IMG/VR virus record: IMGVR_UViG_3300028284_000001
DNA length: 64,000 bases
Strand: one strand, 5' to 3'
Origin: a virus
Positions within the stretch are counted from its first letter, which is position 1, and every line of letters begins with the position of its first letter. The notes beneath the pieces are model-generated. The model had not been told where the DNA came from. It did not search any database and saw nothing but the letters and a program-made list of their open reading frames with translations. The translations under genes were made by a program, and so were the position numbers. Shown here in pieces: positions 8,536 through 17,887 of this stretch.

Positions 8536-10692
8536 TTACCAAGCGTAATCGAATCCTTCGATTTTAGCTATTTTTTCTTTAAGTGATAAAGCGTAATTCT
8601 TAATCTCTTTTTTATACCAAGATTCAGATGAACCAAATCTTTTTTCAGATTCTTCTTCTTGTCTAACATAATCACAATATCTAGAATAATCATCTAATAT
8701 ATTTGACATGTGATTAGAAGCATCTCTTAATTTAACCTCTTTTCCTTTTGCACTTTGACCAATTTTGATTTCTTCATATCTAGTCTTTTCACCACTAGCT
8801 AAACCTGCTTTAATTTGATCGGTTAACATATCGATTGCATCTGCTACCATTTTATCTAATGGCATTGTTGCAGCCTTAGTAGCTAAAATTTGGTGGTATC
8901 TGTCGTTGTTAGCTTTCTTAAAATCTTTATCATTAGTAAATGCAATTGCACCTGATTTAGCTTCAGCTCTAGCTGCTCTTAATTGGTCAGTAGAATACTT
9001 TTGTCTAATTAGGTCTAGGTTAATAACAAGAACTCTATCAGAAACTTCTGCGATTCTTTTACCATTATTAAGTCCAGTTCCTGACCAGCCTCTGTATTTA
9101 TGTGATACACCAACTTGGTCATCAGAACCTTTTTTACCGTCTTTTTTAAATGATTTAGTTCTTGAATATCTAGACCAGTCATTAGTATAGAATTCTCTAT
9201 CACCAGACATTGCTGCTATTAGAAGACCTCCACCTGGTACAGTTTTTAAAGAACCATAACCAGCGTCATAAGGACAGTATGGGTTATCTTTTTCGTTATC
9301 AGATATAAAGAATAATATATGCTTTGATCCACCATGTTCTTTAAACACCTTAGTTGGATCATTACTTATTACCATATCCTCATCACCTACTTTATCTAAT
9401 GCAACTTTAGCTAATCCGTAAAAACCACCAGCTAGTGACTTTAAATTTTCTTTACCGTATTTACCTTCTTTGTTACTCATCAAAATGCTAGCTAGCAATT
9501 GGCTACCTATTTTTTCATTTAAGAATCCAGATGCTCCAACAAAGTCAGAGAATGATTCATGTAAAAATATATTTTCCATATTTGTTGTTTGTGTTTTAAT
9601 ATTTTCTAGAAGACCTATTGCAATATCATTGACTTCTCTATCTCCTTTGTCAACATATCTTTTATTAACAATCATAAAAGTAAATCCATCTGCTGTTACT
9701 TGGTAATGTGGCATCATGCCTGTACCAAAGTCGTATTTATATTTAGCTGCTTTTAATTCTTTACCAACGTCCATAAATGATTTAGCTTTACCTACTAATT
9801 CAGCAAGCTTATCTAAGTGTGTTCCAGCGTCATCCTTTTCGTTAACTGCTGATTCGGCTAATCCTTGCTTTTTCATTAGAGCTAGTTCATCTTTACATGC
9901 CTTGTTAAATTTCTTAAAGTGCGGTATTGCAGATTTAGAATATCCATCTTGAAATAATTCAATTGCCATATTCAGATGGCTTGCTATTTCGTCAGCTTGT
10001 TCATCACCTATTTCTTCAAAATCATCAGAAAGTCTTAGTAACTTTTTCTCACCCGTTCCCTTTGAAGCGAATAAACCAAGTTTTAGTAATGCAACAATTG
10101 GCTCTTCTTTAGCTTCAGTAACTGATTCGTCCACTCTTGTTAAAGTATCGTAATAAATATCATCTATATTACCTGAGTTATCAAAGTTATATCCTACTGA
10201 TGCGTCGATAGTCCATTCTTTTCCATCTTGGTCTGTACCCATAAAGTATACATCCTTTCCTTCGTTTCCGTGGTCATCGATAACATCATAATCATCAAAT
10301 TCTACTTCATACTTTTTACTACCGTCTTTAAATTTAATAATAGGCCAATCATCTTTAGTGATTTTAATAGCTTCAGATATAGGGAATGCTTTTAATGTAG
10401 GCGTGTCTAATTCGCTTAAAATTCTAAGACCCCATTTTGAAAGCTTAACACCATCCTCAGAAACAAAGAAATATTTTGAATTTGAAGATCTCCACCTGTT
10501 AGGACTTTTAGATACCTTTGAAAGTATTTTAGTAAATTCCTCTTCTGTTAATATTCCGTCTTTTACTGCTTTTAAAATTTCGTTTCTAACATTAGCTGTT
10601 TTGCCAACAGTAGATGCAGGGTGGTTTTCAGTATACTTTCTTTTAATCTGTATCTTTTTACCTTCTTCTAAAAAATCTTTGAATTTATTCAT
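8536..10692 (-). CDS. Putative internal head polyprotein (718 aa)
   Basis: N-terminal MNKFKDFLEE|G, a second CTS-like motif (ESFSDFVGASGFLNE|K), and several [ILV]-x-E sites between apparent domains. Confidence 0.6.
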   Translation of the reverse strand: MNKFKDFLEEGKKIQIKRKYTENHPASTVGKTANVRNEILKAVKDGILTEEEFTKILSKVSKSPNRWRSSNSKYFFVSEDGVKLSKWGLRILSELDTPTLKAFPISEAIKITKDDWPIIKFKDGSKKYEVEFDDYDVIDDHGNEGKDVYFMGTDQDGKEWTIDASVGYNFDNSGNIDDIYYDTLTRVDESVTEAKEEPIVALLKLGLFASKGTGEKKLLRLSDDFEEIGDEQADEIASHLNMAIELFQDGYSKSAIPHFKKFNKACKDELALMKKQGLAESAVNEKDDAGTHLDKLAELVGKAKSFMDVGKELKAAKYKYDFGTGMMPHYQVTADGFTFMIVNKRYVDKGDREVNDIAIGLLENIKTQTTNMENIFLHESFSDFVGASGFLNEKIGSQLLASILMSNKEGKYGKENLKSLAGGFYGLAKVALDKVGDEDMVISNDPTKVFKEHGGSKHILFFISDNEKDNPYCPYDAGYGSLKTVPGGGLLIAAMSGDREFYTNDWSRYSRTKSFKKDGKKGSDDQVGVSHKYRGWSGTGLNNGKRIAEVSDRVLVINLDLIRQKYSTDQLRAARAEAKSGAIAFTNDKDFKKANNDRYHQILATKAATMPLDKMVADAIDMLTDQIKAGLASGEKTRYEEIKIGQSAKGKEVKLRDASNHMSNILDDYSRYCDYVRQEEESEKRFGSSESWYKKEIKNYALSLKEKIAKIEGFDYAW

Positions 10693-10694
10693 AG

Positions 10695-11090
10695 TTATTT
10701 AAGCTTTTTTGTTATACCATCAATTTCTGTATAGGCACAGTTTTGTCCCTTAACAATAAATGATCCATAAGAGATTGAAAGGTTTGCACCTTCACCTCCT
10801 GTTTTAACATGGGTTTTATATGCTTCTTCTATAGAGGCCTGATCTGCAGCAACAGCTACAACTTTAGGTCTAAAGCCGGCACCGACATTATGATCATTTT
10901 TAGATCTCAGATACATTGATTCTCCATTTATTTCTACTGTATTATGTAGTACTAAAGCGAAACTAGTTTCTCCTTTAGCTGGTAAATCAAAACCATCAAA
11001 TGAATATTTACTAAAGTAGTAAGATCCAAGCGCTATTTTCTCATTAACTACGTTATGAGTAAATGCTTCAAATGTGTTTATTGATTTCAT
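10695..11090 (-). CDS. Putative internal head protein
   Basis: N-terminus MKSINTFEAFTHNVVNE|K is CTS-like. Confidence 0.6.
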   Translation of the reverse strand: MKSINTFEAFTHNVVNEKIALGSYYFSKYSFDGFDLPAKGETSFALVLHNTVEINGESMYLRSKNDHNVGAGFRPKVVAVAADQASIEEAYKTHVKTGGEGANLSISYGSFIVKGQNCAYTEIDGITKKLK

Positions 11091-11110
11091 GTTTTAGTTA
11101 GTTTATTTGT

Positions 11111-12970
11111 TTATATATTCTTTAGAAAAGTATTAAAGGTTTGAAAATCTACTTCTGTAGATTCAGCTACTACTCCAACAGAGTTCTCTAATTTAGTTTT
11201 TAATTCTGCATACATACTATGTAATGCTTTAGGAGTTAGCTTCTTAAATAACTTCTCATCGCCGTCTAGCATTGCATTTCTTACTTGTGTTGCTGAAATA
11301 TTCTTACCTGTTCTAGGAATTTCAAATAATCCGAAATCATCTCTAACACCTAAGTCATCTCTATATTCTTGTTTATCTACTTGATATCCATAAGTCTTCA
11401 TTCTATCACTTCCTGTTCCCCATAATACTGGTTCGTATCTAGGTCTCATTGCATTAAACATGGTGTCAATACCTCCTGTTGGAATTACAAAAACTTGTTC
11501 GATTGGATATTTAGATTTTAAAGAGTTAATCATTGCCACTTGAGTGTCCTCATCATAAGGTCTTTTAAATGCATCTTCCTTTTTCTTATTCTTAGCCTTA
11601 ACTAATAATATTACTACTGGATATCCATTTTGTTTATGAATAGTTTCAACTACTTTAGCATGGCCTAGTGTGAATGGTTGGAATCTACCAACAAACATAT
11701 TAACTAGTTTTTTACCTTGTCCTGGATAATCTACCTTTAACGCTTCGGTAATTGGACTTATTTGAGTACTAATTTTCTTATTTGATAAATATTGGTTAAA
11801 GTTCATAACATCACCTTCGTTAGCTTTTGCCATTATTTTATCATCAATTTTTTCAACAATGCCATTTAACGCATCTAGCATATCACCTTGTAGAAGATCT
11901 GTACCCTTGCTTCTTTTCTTTCTAAAACTACCTAATGTAATTTTAAATAATTCTGCTAGAGTTTTATCTTGTATTAATGTTAGAGTTTTTTCATTAGTTA
12001 TGAACTTATGATTTAATTCAAACATTGGAGACTCTGCAAAATCAGCAGAATCAAATTTAGCACCAATATATTTAGTAGCATTCTTTTCAACATATTTGTT
12101 AAATACACTTGACATTAATTCTAAATATCTATAATCAGCAGATTCAGATGTTAATTCTACTAAACTAATATCCTCTTGTATAAAAAATTCTACAATATCT
12201 AAAATAGAAATCTGATACATGTCAGAAGGTTTTCTATTCTCTTTAGTTTCTTTATTAAATCTTTCTAATACAAATGTTTGTAATGTTTTTCCATCATGTA
12301 TATTAATAATAAATCCTGCAACTTCTTTAGAAAGATCGTTCATTAAAGTAGATTGCTTTAAGTTCTCATTAAAGATTCCATAAACACTTCTTGTAAAATT
12401 AGGTCTATCTTTATTTTCATACTTATCCGTATATTCATTAATACTAGTAGATAACATTTCTTTAAGACCGTCCTTTTGACCTGAATGTAAAAAGCCTTCA
12501 AAAATAACTGGAGGTCTTTGTACTTCTAAAAGATCTGCCCATTTATTTAATATTTTAGTATCTCTAATTACTTTTCTAACTTTATTAGGATTAGATGGTT
12601 GTAATACTTGGATATGTGTTAACACTAAATTAGATTTAGGTAGTACATCATATTCAATATCAATAGTTTTGTTATCTCCTAAATATTCAAAACCAAACTT
12701 CCAATCAAATGGCATTTCTTCTACAGAATCAGAAGCAACTGTTTTAAAGTGTCTAATTGCATTTTCGTAGTATCTTACAATAGTACGATCTACTACATTC
12801 ATCTTATCTTTAGAACCTGATTTATAGAATGCAAATTCAGAACCTTCTCTTTTAGCGTGAAAAGATGAACCATCAATTTTTTCTGTTACAACACATTTGT
12901 TTGATAACAGTTTATCAATGTCATTAATATTAGATCCTTCAAAATATGTTTTTAAATTCTGTAGTGCCAT
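11111..12970 (-). CDS. Fusion of an RNA-ligase-like adenylation domain and an HxGH (cytidylyltransferase/NMNAT-like) nucleotidyltransferase
   Basis: N-terminal VTEKIDGSS (ligase motif I) and GFEYL; C-terminal GRFQPFTLGH, GSDR and ISATQVR; a CTS-like linker lies between them. Confidence 0.8.
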   Translation of the reverse strand: MALQNLKTYFEGSNINDIDKLLSNKCVVTEKIDGSSFHAKREGSEFAFYKSGSKDKMNVVDRTIVRYYENAIRHFKTVASDSVEEMPFDWKFGFEYLGDNKTIDIEYDVLPKSNLVLTHIQVLQPSNPNKVRKVIRDTKILNKWADLLEVQRPPVIFEGFLHSGQKDGLKEMLSTSINEYTDKYENKDRPNFTRSVYGIFNENLKQSTLMNDLSKEVAGFIINIHDGKTLQTFVLERFNKETKENRKPSDMYQISILDIVEFFIQEDISLVELTSESADYRYLELMSSVFNKYVEKNATKYIGAKFDSADFAESPMFELNHKFITNEKTLTLIQDKTLAELFKITLGSFRKKRSKGTDLLQGDMLDALNGIVEKIDDKIMAKANEGDVMNFNQYLSNKKISTQISPITEALKVDYPGQGKKLVNMFVGRFQPFTLGHAKVVETIHKQNGYPVVILLVKAKNKKKEDAFKRPYDEDTQVAMINSLKSKYPIEQVFVIPTGGIDTMFNAMRPRYEPVLWGTGSDRMKTYGYQVDKQEYRDDLGVRDDFGLFEIPRTGKNISATQVRNAMLDGDEKLFKKLTPKALHSMYAELKTKLENSVGVVAESTEVDFQTFNTFLKNI

Positions 12971-14241
12971 TATCTTCCGTATTTTATGATACCCATTAGC
13001 TGGTTAATCGCAGCAAAAGTACCGGTTAGTTTAAAGGTTTTTCCTTTAAATTTAAAGACCACTCCTTCTGTTGGGATGATCGACTCAATACCACCAATTC
13101 CCTCTAGTCTTTTTAGTTCTTTTTCAACCTTTGCAATTTGAGTAAGGTCGCCATTCTTTTTAATCTTGCCAGCTTCAGTTCTAATCTGATTATGTAATCT
13201 TGCTTTTTCAGCATCTGGATTAGCAGCTACAAAATTAGAAGCGTTCTTTAAAACATCTGCACCTAACTCTAAAAATAGATTCTCAAAAGGTAAAATGTTT
13301 TCTTTATACTTCTTATTTCTTTGACCATCAAAATCTTTAACAGCCTTATTTTGTTCCGGTGTTAATTCCTTCTTTAATGCAGTTAACTTAAGCGTCTGCT
13401 TATCTAAGTAAGCCCATCTTAAAAGTAAACCCTCTTTGTGTGCAGGTTCTAAGTCTGCAAAGTTCTCTTCGATTTGGCCTCTCCACCACATCTCGTGATA
13501 CATTTTAACCTCATCAGTATCTGATAGACTATAAGTATCTCTTAGTTTATTTATCGCCTTTTCGTAATAGCCTACTCTATCATCAAAGTTAATGTCTTTT
13601 CCTAACTTTAAAATTTGAGGGGGAATTATTGTAAACGTCTTTTGAACATCTGACTTTAATTCTTTAAGAGCTTTAACTAGTTCTGTAGCAATATTTTGTT
13701 TTCCAGTTTGATTACCTTCACCATCAGTCTCTACAATACCATGAAATTGTATAACATCTCTGTCATAATAGATAACATTAGGGTTTTTAGAGTAAATTAG
13801 TTCCATGTTAACGAAATTTAATCCGTTCGCGAACATTGATTGGTCCTTAAGCGCTGGGAGCGCCGCTGCTAGATCTTTAGCAGCAAAGATATATGTTTCT
13901 TCAACCAGCTGTGAGGCATGACCAGTGAACATCGTAATGATGCCTGCTAGATCAAGTGGGTTTATCATTTGCCCCTTATTTCTGGCAAACATTGCTTGAC
14001 CATCTTTTACAGTTGCAAATAGGTTTTGACCATCAGTCTTTTCAGTTGCAGCCTCTTCGAAATCTAGTCCACCCTGTAATGAAGATTTAACAATAGTCTT
14101 GAAATCTGCAAAAGTTAATGAGTGGTCATCGAAGGGGTGCATCATGTGTCCTGCTGCTCCACCTTCAAATACGAAAGAGTCCAAGTTGTTCACTTGGATT
14201 TTCTCGTTTAAAAATTCTGTAAAATTAGTGTATATCTTCAT
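12970..14241 (-). CDS. ATP-dependent ligase-fold protein (DUF6267-like) with CTS leader
   Basis: GGAAGHMMHPFDD; motifs I (TEKTDGQN), Ia (ARNK), III (NMELIY), IIIa (IQFHG), IV (EGVVF) and V (FKLTG); leader MKIYTNFTEFLNE. Confidence 0.75.
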   Translation of the reverse strand: MKIYTNFTEFLNEKIQVNNLDSFVFEGGAAGHMMHPFDDHSLTFADFKTIVKSSLQGGLDFEEAATEKTDGQNLFATVKDGQAMFARNKGQMINPLDLAGIITMFTGHASQLVEETYIFAAKDLAAALPALKDQSMFANGLNFVNMELIYSKNPNVIYYDRDVIQFHGIVETDGEGNQTGKQNIATELVKALKELKSDVQKTFTIIPPQILKLGKDINFDDRVGYYEKAINKLRDTYSLSDTDEVKMYHEMWWRGQIEENFADLEPAHKEGLLLRWAYLDKQTLKLTALKKELTPEQNKAVKDFDGQRNKKYKENILPFENLFLELGADVLKNASNFVAANPDAEKARLHNQIRTEAGKIKKNGDLTQIAKVEKELKRLEGIGGIESIIPTEGVVFKFKGKTFKLTGTFAAINQLMGIIKYGR

Positions 14242-14261
14242 AAGAAGTTTTTAGATTTATT

Positions 14262-15695
14262 TTATCCTAATGATGCTGTTAATGCACCGACAGCAGCTCC
14301 GTAATCGTCACCGTGCTTAGACAATAATCCGTCTACAACTTCTTGTGCTTTTTCTTCGTCAAATTTATCACCGAAAGCTTTTCCTAAAACTGAGAAGGCA
14401 TACTCTTTAAAATCTTCATCAGACTTTACTTCTGCTTCGTTAGTAGCTTCAGTTTCAGTTTCTTCAGTTGTAGCTTCAGTTTCAGTTTCTTCAGTTGTAG
14501 CTTCAGTTTCAGTTTCTTCAGCACCTTCTTCTACAACTTCTTCTTCTTTAATAACTGGAAAGTTCTTACCATTAAATTCAAATTCTGCAGCATCTTCTTC
14601 AATTGCTTTAGCTCTTGCTGCTAAAAATGCATTGCCTTCGTTCATTACTGACTCGTTAGCCCATATTAATTCAAATGCATCTACTATTTTTTGTGCTTGT
14701 TGAGAATAACCAAATCCATCTAAGAATAAAGCCATACCTTCAACAATACCGATACCAGACCATCCTGCAGCGTTAGCTAATCCAGAATAATGATTATCTA
14801 ATAAACTCATGATTGATTTTTTACCAACTGGAACTTCTAAACCACCTAGGTTATCGATCTTTACTGAAACAGTAGTAATCTTACCACCAAGTGCTTTACT
14901 TACTGGATCTTTATATGAATGGAAGTTAGCGTCTGTTAAAGATTCTGATAATAAATATCTACAAACTCCTAATAAGAGCTGACCGTCCATTAATGCAGTG
15001 TGATTCGTAAAGAATGATTCTAACCATTTAGATACTTTCTTAGCATCTCTTAAATTACCCTTAGAAGGTTTAAATGATTCATTGATTATCATAGATTCAA
15101 ATGCTGGGACTAAATCGTAACTATCATAAACATCAACCATATACCATTTCTTATCTGTTTCAGAATATAGGTAGATAAATTCAGCTCCACCGTTATTAGC
15201 GGCATCTTTTACGAACTTCTCAGTATCTTTCATATCTCCGTCAGTAGTGGTCTTGTCGCCGTAGAATTTAATATCGTCTACATTTGCTTCTAGACCTGAA
15301 CCACCCCCTTTCTTCAGTAGAGTGTCTACTGCCTTTCCATCTTTGTAACCCTTTTTAATTGTAGGTAACATGTGGTCTGGGTAACCATCATAGTGCATAT
15401 ACACTGTTGAGATTTTTCCGTTCTTTTTGATTTTACCGATTTGTGATCTTGTACCCTCTTCAATGATCGCTATTGATTCTGATATTTCAGAACTACCTAA
15501 CTTTTGATAGAATGTATGTCTGTCTTCTTCTTTAAGTTCTTTAATAGAAGTTACTCCGAACTCTCCAAGTAGATTTTTAAACTGATCTGCAGCTACATTT
15601 CTTGCAGCTGATTGTTCTTCTTCTAATTTAGCGTTAGCTAGCTTTTTAGCACCATGTGCAAAATCTTCAAAAGATTGTAATTTTAATGATCCCAT
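14262..15695 (-). CDS. Putative internal head/core polyprotein with a YxHxDGYP domain
   Basis: Leader LQSFEDF; candidate cleavage sites IIEE|G, IINE|S, VMNE|G and ATNE|A; YMHYDGYPD motif; acidic tandem-repeat linker. Confidence 0.55.
   Translation of the reverse strand: MGSLKLQSFEDFAHGAKKLANAKLEEEQSAARNVAADQFKNLLGEFGVTSIKELKEEDRHTFYQKLGSSEISESIAIIEEGTRSQIGKIKKNGKISTVYMHYDGYPDHMLPTIKKGYKDGKAVDTLLKKGGGSGLEANVDDIKFYGDKTTTDGDMKDTEKFVKDAANNGGAEFIYLYSETDKKWYMVDVYDSYDLVPAFESMIINESFKPSKGNLRDAKKVSKWLESFFTNHTALMDGQLLLGVCRYLLSESLTDANFHSYKDPVSKALGGKITTVSVKIDNLGGLEVPVGKKSIMSLLDNHYSGLANAAGWSGIGIVEGMALFLDGFGYSQQAQKIVDAFELIWANESVMNEGNAFLAARAKAIEEDAAEFEFNGKNFPVIKEEEVVEEGAEETETEATTEETETEATTEETETEATNEAEVKSDEDFKEYAFSVLGKAFGDKFDEEKAQEVVDGLLSKHGDDYGAAVGALTASLG
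14443..14521. repeat. 27-bp in-frame tandem repeat (about 2.9 copies) encoding EETETEATT
   Basis: Unit gtagcttcagtttcagtttcttcagtt repeated head to tail. Confidence 0.95.
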
Positions 15696-15729
15696 GTGAA
15701 TAATTTTATTTTATTATTTTAGTATTGTA

Positions 15730-17238
15730 TTATATATCCCCTTCAAATGTCACATTTTTTACTTCAAAAGGAAACTTCTGTTCTCTGTAGATCTTCTGCC
15801 TAGCTTTTGAATGTCTAATTAGATAATTATCCCAATCTGGAGATGACAAATCATCGACAAAATCTATAATGTTTACGTCTGTTTTTGATTTATGTTTTCT
15901 TAATCCTCTACCTATAGATTGTCTAATAATCACTTCTGATTTAAACGATTCAGTAAAGAATATGTTATGTATTTTATTAATTGATATACCAGTAGAAAAT
16001 GTACCATAGGATGCTACGATTACAACTTCAGCCCCTGTTTCCATTTTCTTTTTATACTCTTCTCGAATATCTTTATCTGTATTACCATCTACATAGTAAA
16101 CGTTTTTATCAGAATCTTGGCGAAGCTTTTCATATATTCTTTTACCGTGTTCAATACGATGGAATAATACAAGACTATTACCGCGTACTCTGGAAATAAT
16201 GTTTGTAATGAAAGCGAGCCTACCTGTTGACTGTATAACATAATTGCTTTCAAATTTATAGACGTCTTTGCTTTCATACCTGTTTTGTGACATCTCCCTA
16301 AATGCGTTTTTTGTTGAGTCGGGAGCGTAATCCATTTTTATTACTTTTACTTTACAGCCGGCAATATGCCCCTCACCCTGTAAAAAGCTTGCACTAACTT
16401 CTGTAATTACAGGACCTGTATATGCCATTAAAGTCAATCTATCTAAAGTACCTTCTTTTGGAATTGTACCTGACATACCGAATCTATAATTAGCAGCTGT
16501 ACATTTTTGTAAAATAGTTTTGATCGATTGTGATTTAGCTTTATGTGTCTCGTCAATAAGTACTGCATCAAATTGATTAAAGTATTCTTTATCTTTTTTA
16601 ACCAGCGATTGGTATGTACCAATTACCACGTTTCTTCCTGGTCTAATTTTTTGACCAGAATAAATTTGCTGTACTTTAATACTAGCTTGGTTTCTCCAGT
16701 TATAGTCTTGGAAATCTTCAGATCCTTGTACGACAAGTGAGACATTAGGTACAATCATTAGAACTCTACCTGCTTTTTGCTTTTCTAGTAGATATGAAAT
16801 TACCATAAACGAAATAAGTGTTTTACCGGCAGAGGTAGCTAACTCACTTAAGCAATTTCTAAATTTAAGTATATTGTAAGCTGCTTCGATTTGATAATCC
16901 CTAGGTTGCATCTCTGATCCATCAAAGAAGTCCATTGCCCATTCCTCAAAGTCTGCTGCTTTTATATTAGTATCAAAAAGTCTTGTGATGCCATTTAGTT
17001 TAAGCTCGTATTTATACTGCTTACACATGTTCATCACCTCTCTCCATAGTCCAGATGGAATCCATTTATCATCTTTGATATATGAAATATAACCATCCCA
17101 TAAACCTTTTTTTACTAAAGGGTGAAATCGCCAAGAATCAATACGCCTGTTTAATGTAATATTGAGTTGTTCAATTTCCATTTCAGTCGCAGAGTCTACT
17201 CGCAGGAACTGCTTATTATCTGTTAACGTTAAGTCCAT
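15730..17238 (-). CDS. uvsW: UvsW-like SF2 DNA helicase
   Basis: PRDYQ, ATSAGKT, DETH, SGT and QSIGRGLR motifs; T4-like synteny with uvsY. Confidence 0.92.
   Translation of the reverse strand: MDLTLTDNKQFLRVDSATEMEIEQLNITLNRRIDSWRFHPLVKKGLWDGYISYIKDDKWIPSGLWREVMNMCKQYKYELKLNGITRLFDTNIKAADFEEWAMDFFDGSEMQPRDYQIEAAYNILKFRNCLSELATSAGKTLISFMVISYLLEKQKAGRVLMIVPNVSLVVQGSEDFQDYNWRNQASIKVQQIYSGQKIRPGRNVVIGTYQSLVKKDKEYFNQFDAVLIDETHKAKSQSIKTILQKCTAANYRFGMSGTIPKEGTLDRLTLMAYTGPVITEVSASFLQGEGHIAGCKVKVIKMDYAPDSTKNAFREMSQNRYESKDVYKFESNYVIQSTGRLAFITNIISRVRGNSLVLFHRIEHGKRIYEKLRQDSDKNVYYVDGNTDKDIREEYKKKMETGAEVVIVASYGTFSTGISINKIHNIFFTESFKSEVIIRQSIGRGLRKHKSKTDVNIIDFVDDLSSPDWDNYLIRHSKARQKIYREQKFPFEVKNVTFEGDI
15731..15738 (-). 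promoter_or_regulatory. Putative late promoter GATATATA heading the CTS operon
   Basis: The same octamer (or GATAAATA/GATACATA) recurs just upstream of many structural genes. Confidence 0.6.
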
Positions 17239-17244
17239 TAATTA

Positions 17245-17667
17245 TTATAGATCTTTTAGAGCCAATCTATTTCTAATAGCAAAGCCCATATTATCTAGTG
17301 TTTTTACAGAATCTCTTAGCCAATCCATTTGATTTTCTAAATGTGATAAAATCATATTATCATCTGCCAAGTCATTCTCTAAGAATTTCTCTTTCTGCTT
17401 TTCACCTAGTTTATAGTCATAATTATAGTATCTAATATATGCCTCTCTATATCTTGCAGCAATAGTTTTCTTTTGTTGTTTAATTTTGACATTTATATAT
17501 GCCATTTGATCTACGAGGGTTTGTCTAGAAGATAACACATCAGCAATAGTAATCTCCATTGTATTAATGTTACGAAGACTTTGTGCAAGGTTTCTAATCG
17601 TGACTGACCATTCGTTTCTCTGTGCACTTAATTTTTGATCTAGTGCTAATATCTTTTCGTTACTCAT
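17245..17667 (-). CDS. uvsY: UvsY-like recombination mediator (probable start MSNEK at 17667)
   Basis: About 140 aa and helical, with YIRYY...KEKFLEND...LDNMGFAIRN; adjacent to uvsW. Confidence 0.65.
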   Translation of the reverse strand: MSNEKILALDQKLSAQRNEWSVTIRNLAQSLRNINTMEITIADVLSSRQTLVDQMAYINVKIKQQKKTIAARYREAYIRYYNYDYKLGEKQKEKFLENDLADDNMILSHLENQMDWLRDSVKTLDNMGFAIRNRLALKDL

Positions 17668-17677
17668 ATATGTTATA

Positions 17678-17887
17678 TTAAAATAGTGACGGTTTGTTCC
17701 TATCTGGTTTAATAAACTTTGCAGCCTTTTGGCGCTTCTTAAGTTTAGGTTTGCTAAATTCCATGTTTGGATTTTCAGCTTTAAACTCAGGCATCTCAAA
17801 GTCAATAAGCATCCTCATTTTCTTAAACCGATCGCTATCGTTAAAAAAGTCCTCTATCGTTTCTTCCATTTCTTCTATACGTACCAT
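17678..17887 (-). CDS. Hypothetical protein (69 aa)
   Basis: Coupled to the end of the primase gene; same strand as its neighbours. Confidence 0.6.
   Translation of the reverse strand: MVRIEEMEETIEDFFNDSDRFKKMRMLIDFEMPEFKAENPNMEFSKPKLKKRQKAAKFIKPDRNKPSLF

Noticed and set aside
11111-11720. Calling the HxGH domain a NARP2-type NMNAT NAD-reconstitution system
   Set aside because: No Nampt or other NARP partner is in the window, and the substrate cannot be read from motifs. It is kept only as one hypothesis.
14443-14521. Direct repeats as a possible CRISPR array
   Set aside because: The units are contiguous with no spacers and keep the reading frame, so this is a coding tandem repeat.
17668-17805. 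N-terminal extension of the UvsY-like ORF given by the track (similar cases at 5774-5833, 21464-21490 and 62471-62543)
   Set aside because: These extensions overlap upstream genes; downstream starts with A-rich leaders or translational coupling fit better.
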